Assembly (NCBI GenBank): GCA_963796685.1
Contig: CAWCMR010000009.1
Span: 1-64,000, forward strand
Source of the DNA: an uncultured delta proteobacterium
GTDB lineage: Bacteria > Myxococcota_A > Polyangia > Fen-1088
Length of the DNA stretch: 64,000 nt
Direction: 5' to 3'
How positions within the stretch are numbered: position 1 is the first letter of the stretch; the number at the start of each line of letters is the position of its first letter. This document shows positions 1-9,290 of the stretch, piece after piece. The translations under genes were made by a program, and so were the position numbers. The notes beneath the pieces are model-generated. The model did not search any database. It worked only from the letters and a program-made list of their open reading frames with translations, and was not told the origin of the DNA.

Positions 1-418
1 AGTCCTCCTCATTGTCATCCTGGCGGCTGTTGCGGATCCGTGCAGTACTGATATTTACGAGGAGCACCTCAGCGGTCTCCACATGTCTGTCGCCTCGGTG
101 CAAGCGGGACACGTCATTGTAGCTATGGACTTGTCGCTCGATCATTCTCTGGCTGATCCGCGAACGAATGGTTTTCAATGCGGGCGCGAGCGAGGTGGAG
201 GCTTCTACCTGCACACAGGCTATTGTAGCAGGTGCCCCTTGGGCTGGCTGTTGCTCAACATTGGTTGAATTGTATTTAGTAGTCATTGTTCAATTCCGTT
301 GGGTAATTGGTAACAATTGATCGCGATATCCATTTAATCAATTGTAGCAAATAGTCTTCGGGAATTGCTCAATTGTCATAGAAACGGGAAACTGCAGAGA
401 AATTTGCGGGCTTAGCCG

Positions 419-635
419 ATGCCGCATCGACACTAAAGTCACTTACCTGCCAGTATTCGCACCATTTCTTGGAGGCGATCGGGCATTTGCGCGGCTTTTC
501 GGCCTACGCTGAGCGCGGCCCAGCAGAACTGGCCGAGCAAGGTGACGCTGACCGGCACAAGGCCCGACTCTTCCGACGCGCCGACTGAGCGAGACCAATG
601 CCGCATCGACACTAAAGTCACTTACCTGGCAGTAT
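419..635. repeat. 38-bp direct repeat pair (419-456, 598-635)
   Basis: ATGCCGCATCGACACTAAAGTCACTTACCTG(C/G)CAGTAT twice, 1 mismatch, 179 bp apart. Confidence 0.85.
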
Positions 636-1151
636 CCGTACGCAAAACCGTAGCCATCCGAAAGCTCGCCGCGCCACTTTCCGAACAAATACAGGTGGAA
701 TACCGCATGTTGCCATCACCTCACGAGACTTCCCGATCGCCTCATTCCCACCTGGTCGAGTTACGGTGCGAGGTCATGAGAGCGCTCGCTCGACCTGCCG
801 GATCCGGCACACCTGTCCCTCGCCAAGTAGTCATCCGTAGCCTGACTTTTCCGTCGGTGACGCTCCGGTTGCGTGTGAGTTCGCGTTCAGTCGTAGACAT
901 CATGCATCATCCCCTCATGCTCGCGCTGCTCTGACGCCTGTTCGGCGCACTGCGCTCGGTCTTTGGCACGGCACCGAGCAAGTCGGCGCGCGTGCGAAGG
1001 GCGAAACGCAGCGAGCCAATGAGGCTCAGAAACACAGCGGCCATCGGGCGATGATGCACGATGGCGTGGCCGCATTGCCAGGCCCGCTCACCATCGACGC
1101 CACCGTGGGAAAAGTCAGGGTGCGGATGACCACTTGGCGAAACACAGGCGT

Positions 1152-1490
1152 CTACTTCCCCGACTTGATCCCTAATCGTGTCAGCACGGCCTCGTGCGAG
1201 AGCAGTGCGCCGCCCGCGTGATCTTCGGCGCGGCGCTTGTCCGCTGCTTCGAGGTCGTCGATACACTCCAGCGCCTCGGTGAGCAGCTTCTGAGTGAATT
1301 CGGAGATCCGCATGCGTCTCTTTGCCGCGGCAACCCGCAAAGCGAGGGCTAGTTTCGCAGGCAGGTAGAGTCCAACCTTTTCCACGGGCTCTTCTGCTTC
1401 GACAGCCTTCTCGGTCTTCTTCGTTGTTTTCGCGGTCACCCGGAAACGATAGCGGTTTCGGCGTTTACGGGCAAAGGTCTTTGGTGCCAT
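1152..1490 (-). CDS. RHH/CopG-like antitoxin-type protein (start uncertain)
   Basis: KVGLYLPAKLALALRVAAAKRRMRISEF ribbon-helix-helix-like segment plus antitoxin-like tail (DDLEAADKRR…LSHEAVLTRLGI). Confidence 0.6.
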   Translation of the reverse strand: MAPKTFARKRRNRYRFRVTAKTTKKTEKAVEAEEPVEKVGLYLPAKLALALRVAAAKRRMRISEFTQKLLTEALECIDDLEAADKRRAEDHAGGALLSHEAVLTRLGIKSGK

Positions 1491-1549
1491 GGTTCTAACC
1501 TACCTTGAACCCCATTGACTATTTAGAACTATAGTTCTACTGTATACAT

Positions 1550-3511
1550 ATGGGCAATGAACCTCGTGTTCAGATCCACGTGGCAACATTCGATGCCACG
1601 TATGACGCCGACGACGACAAACTCCGCCTGCGCGCTAGCGCGCACCTCGACGACAAGACATACGCGCGAGTGAAGGCGGCCGGGTTCGGCTGGGCTCCGA
1701 GGCAAGACCTGTTCTACGCCGTCTGGAGTCCCGCCCGCGAAGACCTGCTCGTCGAGCTGGCCGGCGATGTTGCCGACGAGGAGACAAGCCTCGAGGAACG
1801 AGCCGCCCAACGCGCCGAACGATTCTCAACCTACCAGGGCAAGCGCGCCGCGGACGCCGAGCAAGCCCTCAAGGCGGTGGCATCGATCGCCGACGGCATC
1901 TCCCTCGGCCAGCCCCTCCTCGTCGGCCACCACAGCGAGAGCCACGCCCGCCGCGACGCCGAGAAGATCGAGAGCGGCATGCGCCGGGCCGTGAAGCTAC
2001 GGGAGACTTCCGCGTATTGGAGAGACCGAGCGGCCAGCGCCACCGCGCACGCGCAATACCTCGAGAAGCCCGCCGTGCGCGCCCGGAGGATCAAGAAGCT
2101 CGAGGCCGAGCTGCGCGGCTACCAGCGCGACACCGACAAGGTAGAGCTCGCCCTCAAGCTGTGGGCGGTCGAGCCGATGACCCTGGAGCGGGCCAAGGCG
2201 ATCACGAACGTCAACCACTACAGCATGTGCTTGCCGCTCTCGCAGTACCCACGCGAGCCGCCCGCCTCGCAATACGAGGGGCAGCAGAGCCTCTGGTCTG
2301 CCCTGGATGACCGCATCATCACGCCCGAGCAAGCGCGGACTCTGGCGGTAGCGATGAACCAGCGGGGCATCGCCCACCGCGCGCGCTGGATAGCCCACAT
2401 CGAGAACCGCCTGGTCTACGTGCGCGCCATGCTCGGTGAGAGCGGCGGACTTGCGGCCGACAGGTTCGACATCCAGCCCGGCGGTCAAGTCCTACGGCGG
2501 GGGCACTGGCACGTGGTCGTCAAGGTCAACCACAGCGCTGGTGCCATGCGGAGCGTGACCGTGCTCGGGCACTTCGCCTCTACCATCGCGGTCGAGGACA
2601 TCGCCGACTACCGCGCGCCGGCAGCGGGCGCGACCGAGAAGGTGAAGGCCGCGACCAAACTACCGCCCATGTGCAACTACCCCGGCGAGGGCTTCCGCCA
2701 CATGACCCGCGCCGAGTGGGAGCACAAGAAAATGTCGGACGTGCCGCAGGCGATCAAGCACAAGGCCAACGAAAAGCACGGTTCCCACCGCACGCGCGCC
2801 ACGTGGGGCGGCAACTTCACCACCGCGGCAGTCTATCTCACCGACGCCAAGCGAGTGGACCCGCCCGCGCCGAGCGCACCGAAGCCGGCGCCCCAGATCG
2901 AAACTCTGCCGCCCGAGCCCCGCACACCGCAAGCGGCGCGGGCGACCGATCCGGCCACCAAGGATTTCTTGGCCATCAAGGCTACGCTCAAGGCCGGCGT
3001 GAAGGTCGTCTCCGCTCCCCAGCTCTTCCCCACCCCGCCACCGCTCGCCGCCCGCATGGCCAAGCTCGGCAAGATCAAATACATGGATCGCGTGCTTGAG
3101 CCCAGCGCAGGCACCGGCAACTTGCTGCGCGCGATCATCAACGCCGAACCAACGGCCAGGATTCACGCGGTGGAGATCAACCACGCCCTCTGCGACGCCC
3201 TACCCTCTGGCCTCACGGAAGACGATCAGGTGCTCTGCCAGGACTTCTTGACATGCACCGTCGAGCAGCTCGGCCGCTTCCGCGAGATCGTCATGAACCC
3301 GCCTTTCCACAACGGTGCGGACGTTGCGCACATCAAGCATGCTTTGCAGTTCCTTGAGTGCGACGGCGTCCTCGTTGGCATATGCGCGAACGGCCCACGC
3401 CAGCAAGCGGAGTTGCGCCCGCTGGCCGCGACCTGGGAAGAGCTGCCGGACGAGACTTTTGCCTCCCAAGGCACCAACATCCGCACGGTACTATTGACGG
3501 TGCGGCGGTAA
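1550..3511 (+). CDS. DUF3560-domain protein with C-terminal N6-type DNA methyltransferase
   Basis: GQPLLVGHHSE motif (DUF3560); VLEPSAGTG and MNPPF methyltransferase motifs; architecture common on plasmids/ICEs. Confidence 0.85.
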   Translation: MGNEPRVQIHVATFDATYDADDDKLRLRASAHLDDKTYARVKAAGFGWAPRQDLFYAVWSPAREDLLVELAGDVADEETSLEERAAQRAERFSTYQGKRAADAEQALKAVASIADGISLGQPLLVGHHSESHARRDAEKIESGMRRAVKLRETSAYWRDRAASATAHAQYLEKPAVRARRIKKLEAELRGYQRDTDKVELALKLWAVEPMTLERAKAITNVNHYSMCLPLSQYPREPPASQYEGQQSLWSALDDRIITPEQARTLAVAMNQRGIAHRARWIAHIENRLVYVRAMLGESGGLAADRFDIQPGGQVLRRGHWHVVVKVNHSAGAMRSVTVLGHFASTIAVEDIADYRAPAAGATEKVKAATKLPPMCNYPGEGFRHMTRAEWEHKKMSDVPQAIKHKANEKHGSHRTRATWGGNFTTAAVYLTDAKRVDPPAPSAPKPAPQIETLPPEPRTPQAARATDPATKDFLAIKATLKAGVKVVSAPQLFPTPPPLAARMAKLGKIKYMDRVLEPSAGTGNLLRAIINAEPTARIHAVEINHALCDALPSGLTEDDQVLCQDFLTCTVEQLGRFREIVMNPPFHNGADVAHIKHALQFLECDGVLVGICANGPRQQAELRPLAATWEELPDETFASQGTNIRTVLLTVRR

Positions 3512-3534
3512 GAGGCTGCGAGGAGGAAGAGGCT

Positions 3535-3876
3535 ATGATCTATATCCTGGACAATGGGGAGCCGTACAGCAACCACACGCTGTACTTCGTCGAGGCGCCC
3601 GACGACTTCGGCGCTTGGTTCAACGAGGTCTACCGGCCGTGGGTCGAGGGCGCGGAGTACCGTCCGCTGATGATCGTCGGGACCACGAACGCCCTGGCGT
3701 GGCGCCCGCGGCCACCCTACACACCACGTCCGGTCGAGGCGCTCGACCTGCCCATCGAAGATCACCCGATGCGCGAGTTCTCGACCATGCCCGTGGCCAA
3801 GTTCCTGAAGTGCGGGGCTGTCATTCACGAGCGGGACGGCGGGCCGCGCCCGCGCTACCGTCTGGAGGTCACATGA
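3535..3876 (+). CDS. hypothetical protein
   Basis: ATG after purine-rich RBS; ATGA overlap with next gene. Confidence 0.6.
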   Translation: MIYILDNGEPYSNHTLYFVEAPDDFGAWFNEVYRPWVEGAEYRPLMIVGTTNALAWRPRPPYTPRPVEALDLPIEDHPMREFSTMPVAKFLKCGAVIHERDGGPRPRYRLEVT

Positions 3877-4373
3877 ACGACGAGGCGCACCTACGAGCCC
3901 AGATCCAAAGAGACCGCCCGCTAGGCGGAGGAAGAGTCGACGACAGGCCGGAGGTGGCGAAGCTGCTCGCCGCCGTCAAGGAGGCTCTCCCCGAGCTGGA
4001 GAAGTTGCGCGACAAGTGCGCGGCGCGCGTCGACGAGGACGCTGTTTACCGCTTCTACCACCAGTCGAACAAGCTGTACGGACGCTGCCAGATCCACACG
4101 GAGGACATCGTCGCCAAGCTGCGATCACTCGCGCCTGATCCGCGCGTTACACTTGACCCGTACTTCGAGGAGATCGTCCGAGACGGTAAGCAGGAATGGG
4201 ACAACTCGCACAACGAGGAGTGGACCAAGCACACACGTCCGATCTTGGAGGCGTTCTTTCACGCGCGCTATTTCCTCGACGTGCTGATCGCCTACGCGCA
4301 CGAGCTGGACGAGCCCCCTAGCCTCATGGGGTACGGTTGGGCGGCGATCTTGACCCTGTACGGGCTTCGCTAG
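3873..4373 (+). CDS. hypothetical protein
   Basis: GGAGG RBS, coupled start, operon context. Confidence 0.7.
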   Translation: MNDEAHLRAQIQRDRPLGGGRVDDRPEVAKLLAAVKEALPELEKLRDKCAARVDEDAVYRFYHQSNKLYGRCQIHTEDIVAKLRSLAPDPRVTLDPYFEEIVRDGKQEWDNSHNEEWTKHTRPILEAFFHARYFLDVLIAYAHELDEPPSLMGYGWAAILTLYGLR

Positions 4374-4382
4374 GAGGGCACA

Positions 4383-5249
4383 ATGGGCAAGTCGCACAAC
4401 CTCACCGCCTTCTCCACTGCACCGTCGACCCTGCGCGAGTGCCTCACCCAGGGTCTCGGCCCGTACCGCAGCTTGTCCAGGCGTGGCGACATGACTGTCC
4501 CGCACGCGAGGCACCTGATCGAGACCTACCCCGCTCTCTACAAGCACGCGGACTCTCCTGCCGTCGCCGCTTCGCCAGCGTTCGCCCGCGACGGGTTCGG
4601 GTGTGGTGACGGCTGGTTCGGCATCATCGACCGCCTCTCGACGAAGCTGGCCGAGGATCCGTACCTGGTCGTGGTCCAGGTCAAGGAGAAGATGGGGGAG
4701 TTGCGGGTCTATCTCGATCGCGTCGCCGGCGCGCCGGAGCCCGACCCGGCGCTTGCCGCACGGCTCGGTGCCGCGCGCACCGCCGCCCGCGAGGCGTCCC
4801 TCCGCACCTGCGAGCTCTGCGGCGCGCCTGGCAAGCTGGAGGAGACGAGCCGGCACTGGCTTTTCGTACGCTGCAAATCTTGTGGCTGGCTTGACGATAT
4901 GGCGGAAGCGTGTAGACGCCTCGAAGCACTCGTCAAGGGTGCGAAGAAGAGCGCCTTCGTTCGATCCATCGGCCGCGTGGCGGCGGCCAAATGCCACATC
5001 TGCCAGCACCTTGGTGTAGGCGCGAGGCACCAGCCGAGAGAGGTCAGAAGGAGGTTTCCTTCTATCCCCTGGAAGAAGCTGGACACCTGGCGCTGGATTG
5101 ACAGCATCGAGCCCGCGGAGCGTGCTCGCGCCAAGGGCAAGATCCGCACGGGCAAGCAGTTCGAGGCCATGATCCTCAAAGTGCCCCCGGCAGAGCTGTG
5201 GCGGTTCATCAAGGACGAAAGCCCCAAGATCGCGGAGGCGCTGCGGTGA
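4383..5249 (+). CDS. phage-type CxxC protein fused to degenerate DUF86/HepT-like domain
   Basis: GDGW…QVKEKMGELRVY…CELCG phage-type motif; C-terminal LDDM…FPSIPW…LWRFIKDE resembles DUF86. Confidence 0.6.
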   Translation: MGKSHNLTAFSTAPSTLRECLTQGLGPYRSLSRRGDMTVPHARHLIETYPALYKHADSPAVAASPAFARDGFGCGDGWFGIIDRLSTKLAEDPYLVVVQVKEKMGELRVYLDRVAGAPEPDPALAARLGAARTAAREASLRTCELCGAPGKLEETSRHWLFVRCKSCGWLDDMAEACRRLEALVKGAKKSAFVRSIGRVAAAKCHICQHLGVGARHQPREVRRRFPSIPWKKLDTWRWIDSIEPAERARAKGKIRTGKQFEAMILKVPPAELWRFIKDESPKIAEALR

Positions 5250-6331
5250 AAAGCAAGTTTGTTTTTACCGAAAAGAACGGCACCTGGTCGGCACACGATT
5301 CGAACGTGCCCGGCGTCTATGGCCTCGGGCCGACACGCGAGGCCGCCGAGGCCGACTTGCGCGAGGCTCTGGCCCCGCTTACTGAGCACGATGCTCGCCA
5401 GGCCGCCGAAGACGCGGAAGACATCCGCCTCGCCGACGAGAGCCGCGCCGAGATACGCGCAGGCGGCGTCATGCTCTCGCAAACTGACGTGCTCAAACGG
5501 TACAGCCTCGCGTCTGTGAAGGTCGGCATCGTGTCCGACATCCACGGCGACATCGTCGCTCTCGACCTTGCACTCGGCCATCTTCGCCGCATGGGCTGCG
5601 CTCTGATCCTCTGCCCCGGCGACCTGCTCGACATCGAGCCTTTCAGCGAGGAGGTCGTTCTGCGAATCAAGGCCGAGGGCGTGACCTGCATCCGCGGCAA
5701 CCACGAGCGCTGGGCGATCGAGCGGCGCCGGCGGCGGCCGGACCTGCGCAAGTTCGGTGCCCCACCCCTGGTCGAGCTGCCCGACCTGGTCAGTAGCGGC
5801 GTCGAGCTGTCGCGTGAGGCCCTGGCCTGGATCGCCGCCCTGCCCTCATCTTGGTCAGCCGACCTGGCGGGCGTGCGCGTTGCGATGTGGCACGCGCGGC
5901 CAGGCTCCGACATGGAGGGGATTCGAGCCGACTCCACCGGGCTAGCTTTGCGGCGACGGTTGCTCGATGATGCACGGGCGGATGTCCTGGTGGTCGGGCA
6001 CACGCACGAGGCCTTTGAGTTGAGAGCGGGCAAACGCCGGATCTTGAACCCCGGCGCATGCTGCTCGAAGACCTACGCTTTCAAGCAATCGGGTGCTTCG
6101 GTGGAGCCTGCGGGCTATCGGCCGGCGACCTTCGGCGTGCTTGAACTGCCGTCGAAAAGATTCACCGTTCTCTGCGCGCTTGATGGCAGGGAGCTTGGAG
6201 ATCTGGAAGATATTCGCATTGCCGAGAGTCGCCTGGCCGCCATTGACGCCGGCCTCGTGAAAACTATTCCGCTGGACGAAGTAATGCGGAAACTTGGAAT
6301 TGGGCAGTCGAGAAAGACCCGGCGTAGATAA
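5246..6331 (+). CDS. HicB-like domain plus metallophosphoesterase fusion with antitoxin-like tails
   Basis: GTGA overlap start; N-terminal VPGVYGLGPTREAAEADLREAL (HicB-like); DIHG, GDLL, GNHE, GHTH, NPG phosphoesterase motifs. Confidence 0.8.
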   Translation: MKSKFVFTEKNGTWSAHDSNVPGVYGLGPTREAAEADLREALAPLTEHDARQAAEDAEDIRLADESRAEIRAGGVMLSQTDVLKRYSLASVKVGIVSDIHGDIVALDLALGHLRRMGCALILCPGDLLDIEPFSEEVVLRIKAEGVTCIRGNHERWAIERRRRRPDLRKFGAPPLVELPDLVSSGVELSREALAWIAALPSSWSADLAGVRVAMWHARPGSDMEGIRADSTGLALRRRLLDDARADVLVVGHTHEAFELRAGKRRILNPGACCSKTYAFKQSGASVEPAGYRPATFGVLELPSKRFTVLCALDGRELGDLEDIRIAESRLAAIDAGLVKTIPLDEVMRKLGIGQSRKTRRR

Positions 6332-6455
6332 CGGAGAATTCCCAAGACGGTGCAAATCACGGTCTATTTCGCCGCCATCATCGCGCCTGGTCTCACGTGC
6401 GCCTCTTCTATCAATCATCGTCGTGTTCGCGCGGCAACATTCGGACGTGCGTAGC

Positions 6456-6713
6456 ACCGGCCACAAGCTCTACGGCCCCACCGGCATCGGCGTGCTTTAT
6501 GGCAAGCAGCGCCTGCTGGAGGCCATGCCGCCCTGGCAGGGCGGTGGCGACATGATCATGTCCGTGACCTTCGAGCGGACCACCTACGCGCCGCCGCCGG
6601 CCAAATTCGAGGCCGGCACGCCCGACATCAGCGGTGCCATCGCTCTCGCCACCGCCATCGACTACGTCGAGTCGTTCGGCATGGCCGCCATCGAACGCTA
6701 CGAGGCCGAGCTG
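6456..6713 (+). pseudogene. sufS: internal fragment of cysteine desulfurase
   Basis: [16 protein letters not shown]…FEAGTP; both ends missing. Confidence 0.85.
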
Positions 6714-7068
6714 CGATCACGTGACCGTGTACCTCGACGTCAAGGACGGTGTCGTCCGTGACATCAGCTTCCAAGGCGAGGGCTGCGCCATCGCCAGGGC
6801 GTCGGCGTCCATGATGACGTCGGTGGTGAAGGGAAAGTCCTTGGCCGACGCCTCCGAGACCTTCAAGCGCTTCCGCCAGATGATCACCGGCGGCCAGGAT
6901 CCCTGCTTCGACCTCGAAGACCTGGGCAAGCTCGCCGCGTTCTCCGACGTAAGCGCGTTCCCCGTGCGGGTCAAGTGCGCAAGCCTCGCCTGGCACACCT
7001 TGAACGCGGCCATGCACGAGACCACGACCGAGCCCACCAGCGGCAGCGAGCCCAGCAAGGAGCCCTAA
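6714..7068 (+). pseudogene. sufU: 5'-truncated SUF NifU-family protein
   Basis: DHVTVYL…GCAIARASASMM…RVKCASLAWH; N-terminus deleted and joined to the sufS fragment. Confidence 0.85.
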
Positions 7069-7070
7069 AA

Positions 7071-7466
7071 GTGACGGCGGCCCCCGATCCCCAGCCCGCA
7101 CCCGACCCGCCCCCCGACCCGCCATCGGGCTCCACCGCCAACGATGCGGCCACCGCCCAGTTGGAGCGCCTGGTGTGGCAGGAGCTGCGCGAGTGCTACG
7201 ACCCGGAGATCCCCGTCAACATCGTGGAGCTGGGGCTCGTCTACGCCATGAGGACCGAGCCCCTGCCCGAGGGCGGCCACCGGGTCGAGGTCCTCATGAC
7301 CGTGACCTCTACTGCCTGTGGCATGTCCGAGATCCTGCGCAGCGAGGCCGACGCGCGCATTCGCAAGCTGCCCGGCGTGGCGCAGGTCGAGGTCGCCATC
7401 ACCTTCGACCCGACCTGGACCCCCGAGCTCATGAGCGACGACGCGCGCATGATGCTGAATTTGTGA
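7071..7466 (+). CDS. sufT: DUF59/SufT Fe-S assembly protein
   Basis: CYDPEIPVNIVELGLVY…TFDPTWTPELMS. Confidence 0.8.
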   Translation: MTAAPDPQPAPDPPPDPPSGSTANDAATAQLERLVWQELRECYDPEIPVNIVELGLVYAMRTEPLPEGGHRVEVLMTVTSTACGMSEILRSEADARIRKLPGVAQVEVAITFDPTWTPELMSDDARMMLNL

Positions 7467-7469
7467 CTG

Positions 7470-9286
7470 GAGAGAGCGCAGAGGGCGGAGGAGGGCGCGG
7501 AGGGCGGAGAAGCTCGGGAAGGTTTTGCCGACCGTGGCCGTGCCTCACCCACACAACGCCCGACACCCGCATCACGCACCTTCCGTGACCTGCTTGCCGA
7601 GAACCCTCCTTCATGGAGGCAGCCGCATGCGCAAAACCTGCGACCGGCTACACCTATGCCCGCCGGGAGCCGGAGAAGACCGCGCTCTTCCAGGTGCTCC
7701 AGCAGCACCTGCTCACCTTCGAGCAAGAGTGGACCGACAAGTCCGACGGCCGCACGCTGCCCAGCTTCGTCACCGACGAGCTACACGACTTTCTAGGGTG
7801 CGGAATCTTGGCGCGAGGCTTCGCACAATTCTTGTGCAAAACCTGCCACGAGCGGTACGTTGTGGCCTGGAGCTGTAAGGGTCGTGGCTTCTGTCCGAGC
7901 TGCGGAGGCAGACGCATGAACGCGGGTGCGCTGACTCTGGTCGATCACGTGCTGCCCGAAGTGCCCATCCGACAATTCGTGCTCACCCTGCCTTTCCCGC
8001 TGAGATTTCCCTTGGCCTTCGACGGGAAATTGCTGGGCCAAGTCCTGCGCATCTTCATCGACACCGTCGCGTCCAACTATCGCAAGCGCCTGGCAGATCG
8101 GGGCATCCCCGACGGCGAGTGCGGCGCCGTCACGGTCATCCAGCGCGCCAACAGCGACCTGCGTCTCTCACCGCATTTTCACGTTCTCCAGCTCGATGGA
8201 GCGTACGCCCCTGGGCCCGACGGCGGTGCGCCCATCTTCCACCCGGCTCCGGAACTTACCCAAGAGGACATCCTTGCCATCGTCGCGCGCGCCAGTAAGC
8301 GCATCCTCCGCTTCCTCCAACGTCGCGGGGTCATCACCCTGGTGACCGCGCCAGGCGACGGCGAGATCACCGTCGTCACCGACGAGACCATCGGCGAGAA
8401 GGATCCGCTCCTGGCTCGCTTGTTGGCCGCCGCCACCGCTGGCGCCTCGCCTGCCGGCCCTGCGCACAAGCGGGCTCCCGTGCGCATCGTGCTCGACCCT
8501 GGCGCCACGCCCGTGGCCAAGGGCAAACTATGCGGCCAGCAAGCAGGCTTCAACCTGCATGCTCAAACCAAAGTCGCCGCCAACGACAAGAAGGGTCGCG
8601 AAAACCTGTGCAAGTACATCTTGCGCCCGCCTCTCGCCAACGACCGCCTCAAGATCCTCGACGACAAAACCGTCAGGCTCGACTTCAAGAAGCCCTGGTC
8701 GGATGGCACCTCGTCGGTCGACCTTGCGCCGCTCGCCCTCATTGCGAGGCTAGCCGCGATCATCCCTCCTCCTCGTCGCCATGTCGTCAGATATTCGGGG
8801 GTTATCTCCTCGCACAGCTCTCTCCGCAGCCAGGTCGTCCCCGTCCCCGCCGTGGCGGCACCCGAGGAAAAGGACAAGCCTTCACTGCCGCTCTCGCACT
8901 ATATTTCTTGGAGCCAGCTCCTCAAAAAGACATTCGAGATCGACACCGTCTGCCCTCGCTGCAAGAGCCCGCTGCATCTCATCGCCATGATCGAGACCGA
9001 GGACACCATCAAGAAGATTCTCAAAGCCATGGGACTGCCTACCGAGGCGCCCAAACTCCGGCCTGCACGACCGCCGCCCTCGCAATCTGGTGGCGAGGGC
9101 GGAGACTGGCTGAACTGACGGCACGTCGACCAGGGCGGGTTGGAGTAGACTGCCCTGCGTGCTCGAGAAAGACCCCGTCAGGCCCCAGAAACCCGGTCAC
9201 GTGCGCCGTACCGACGTGATCGGGGCCAACCTAATGCGGCCCGGCAGGGTTCTCAGACGCTCAAAAACCCCCTTCGAATCGCCTAT
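7470..9286 (+). mobile_element. IS91/ISCR-like element, copy 1 (left end approximate)
   Basis: identity with the other five copies ends at …GAATCGCCTAT(9286) followed by GGCC; no TIR or TSD. Confidence 0.9.
7613..9118 (+). CDS. IS91-family (ISCR-like) HUH transposase
   Basis: Zn-binding CxxC…SCKGRGFCPSC, HUH motif PHFH, LCKYILRP catalytic Tyr. Confidence 0.95.
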   Translation: MEAAACAKPATGYTYARREPEKTALFQVLQQHLLTFEQEWTDKSDGRTLPSFVTDELHDFLGCGILARGFAQFLCKTCHERYVVAWSCKGRGFCPSCGGRRMNAGALTLVDHVLPEVPIRQFVLTLPFPLRFPLAFDGKLLGQVLRIFIDTVASNYRKRLADRGIPDGECGAVTVIQRANSDLRLSPHFHVLQLDGAYAPGPDGGAPIFHPAPELTQEDILAIVARASKRILRFLQRRGVITLVTAPGDGEITVVTDETIGEKDPLLARLLAAATAGASPAGPAHKRAPVRIVLDPGATPVAKGKLCGQQAGFNLHAQTKVAANDKKGRENLCKYILRPPLANDRLKILDDKTVRLDFKKPWSDGTSSVDLAPLALIARLAAIIPPPRRHVVRYSGVISSHSSLRSQVVPVPAVAAPEEKDKPSLPLSHYISWSQLLKKTFEIDTVCPRCKSPLHLIAMIETEDTIKKILKAMGLPTEAPKLRPARPPPSQSGGEGGDWLN

Positions 9287-9290
9287 GGCC

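Noticed and set aside
419-635. mini-CRISPR
   Set aside because: Only two repeats, and the intervening 141 bp is too long for a spacer
6294-6761. 155-aa ORF as a real gene (also 14384-14938)
   Set aside because: Chimera of flank DNA, a sufS fragment and out-of-frame sufU
8530-9219. overlapping 229-aa accessory ORF in the IS
   Set aside because: Arg/Pro-rich shadow frame, broken by a stop in copy 2
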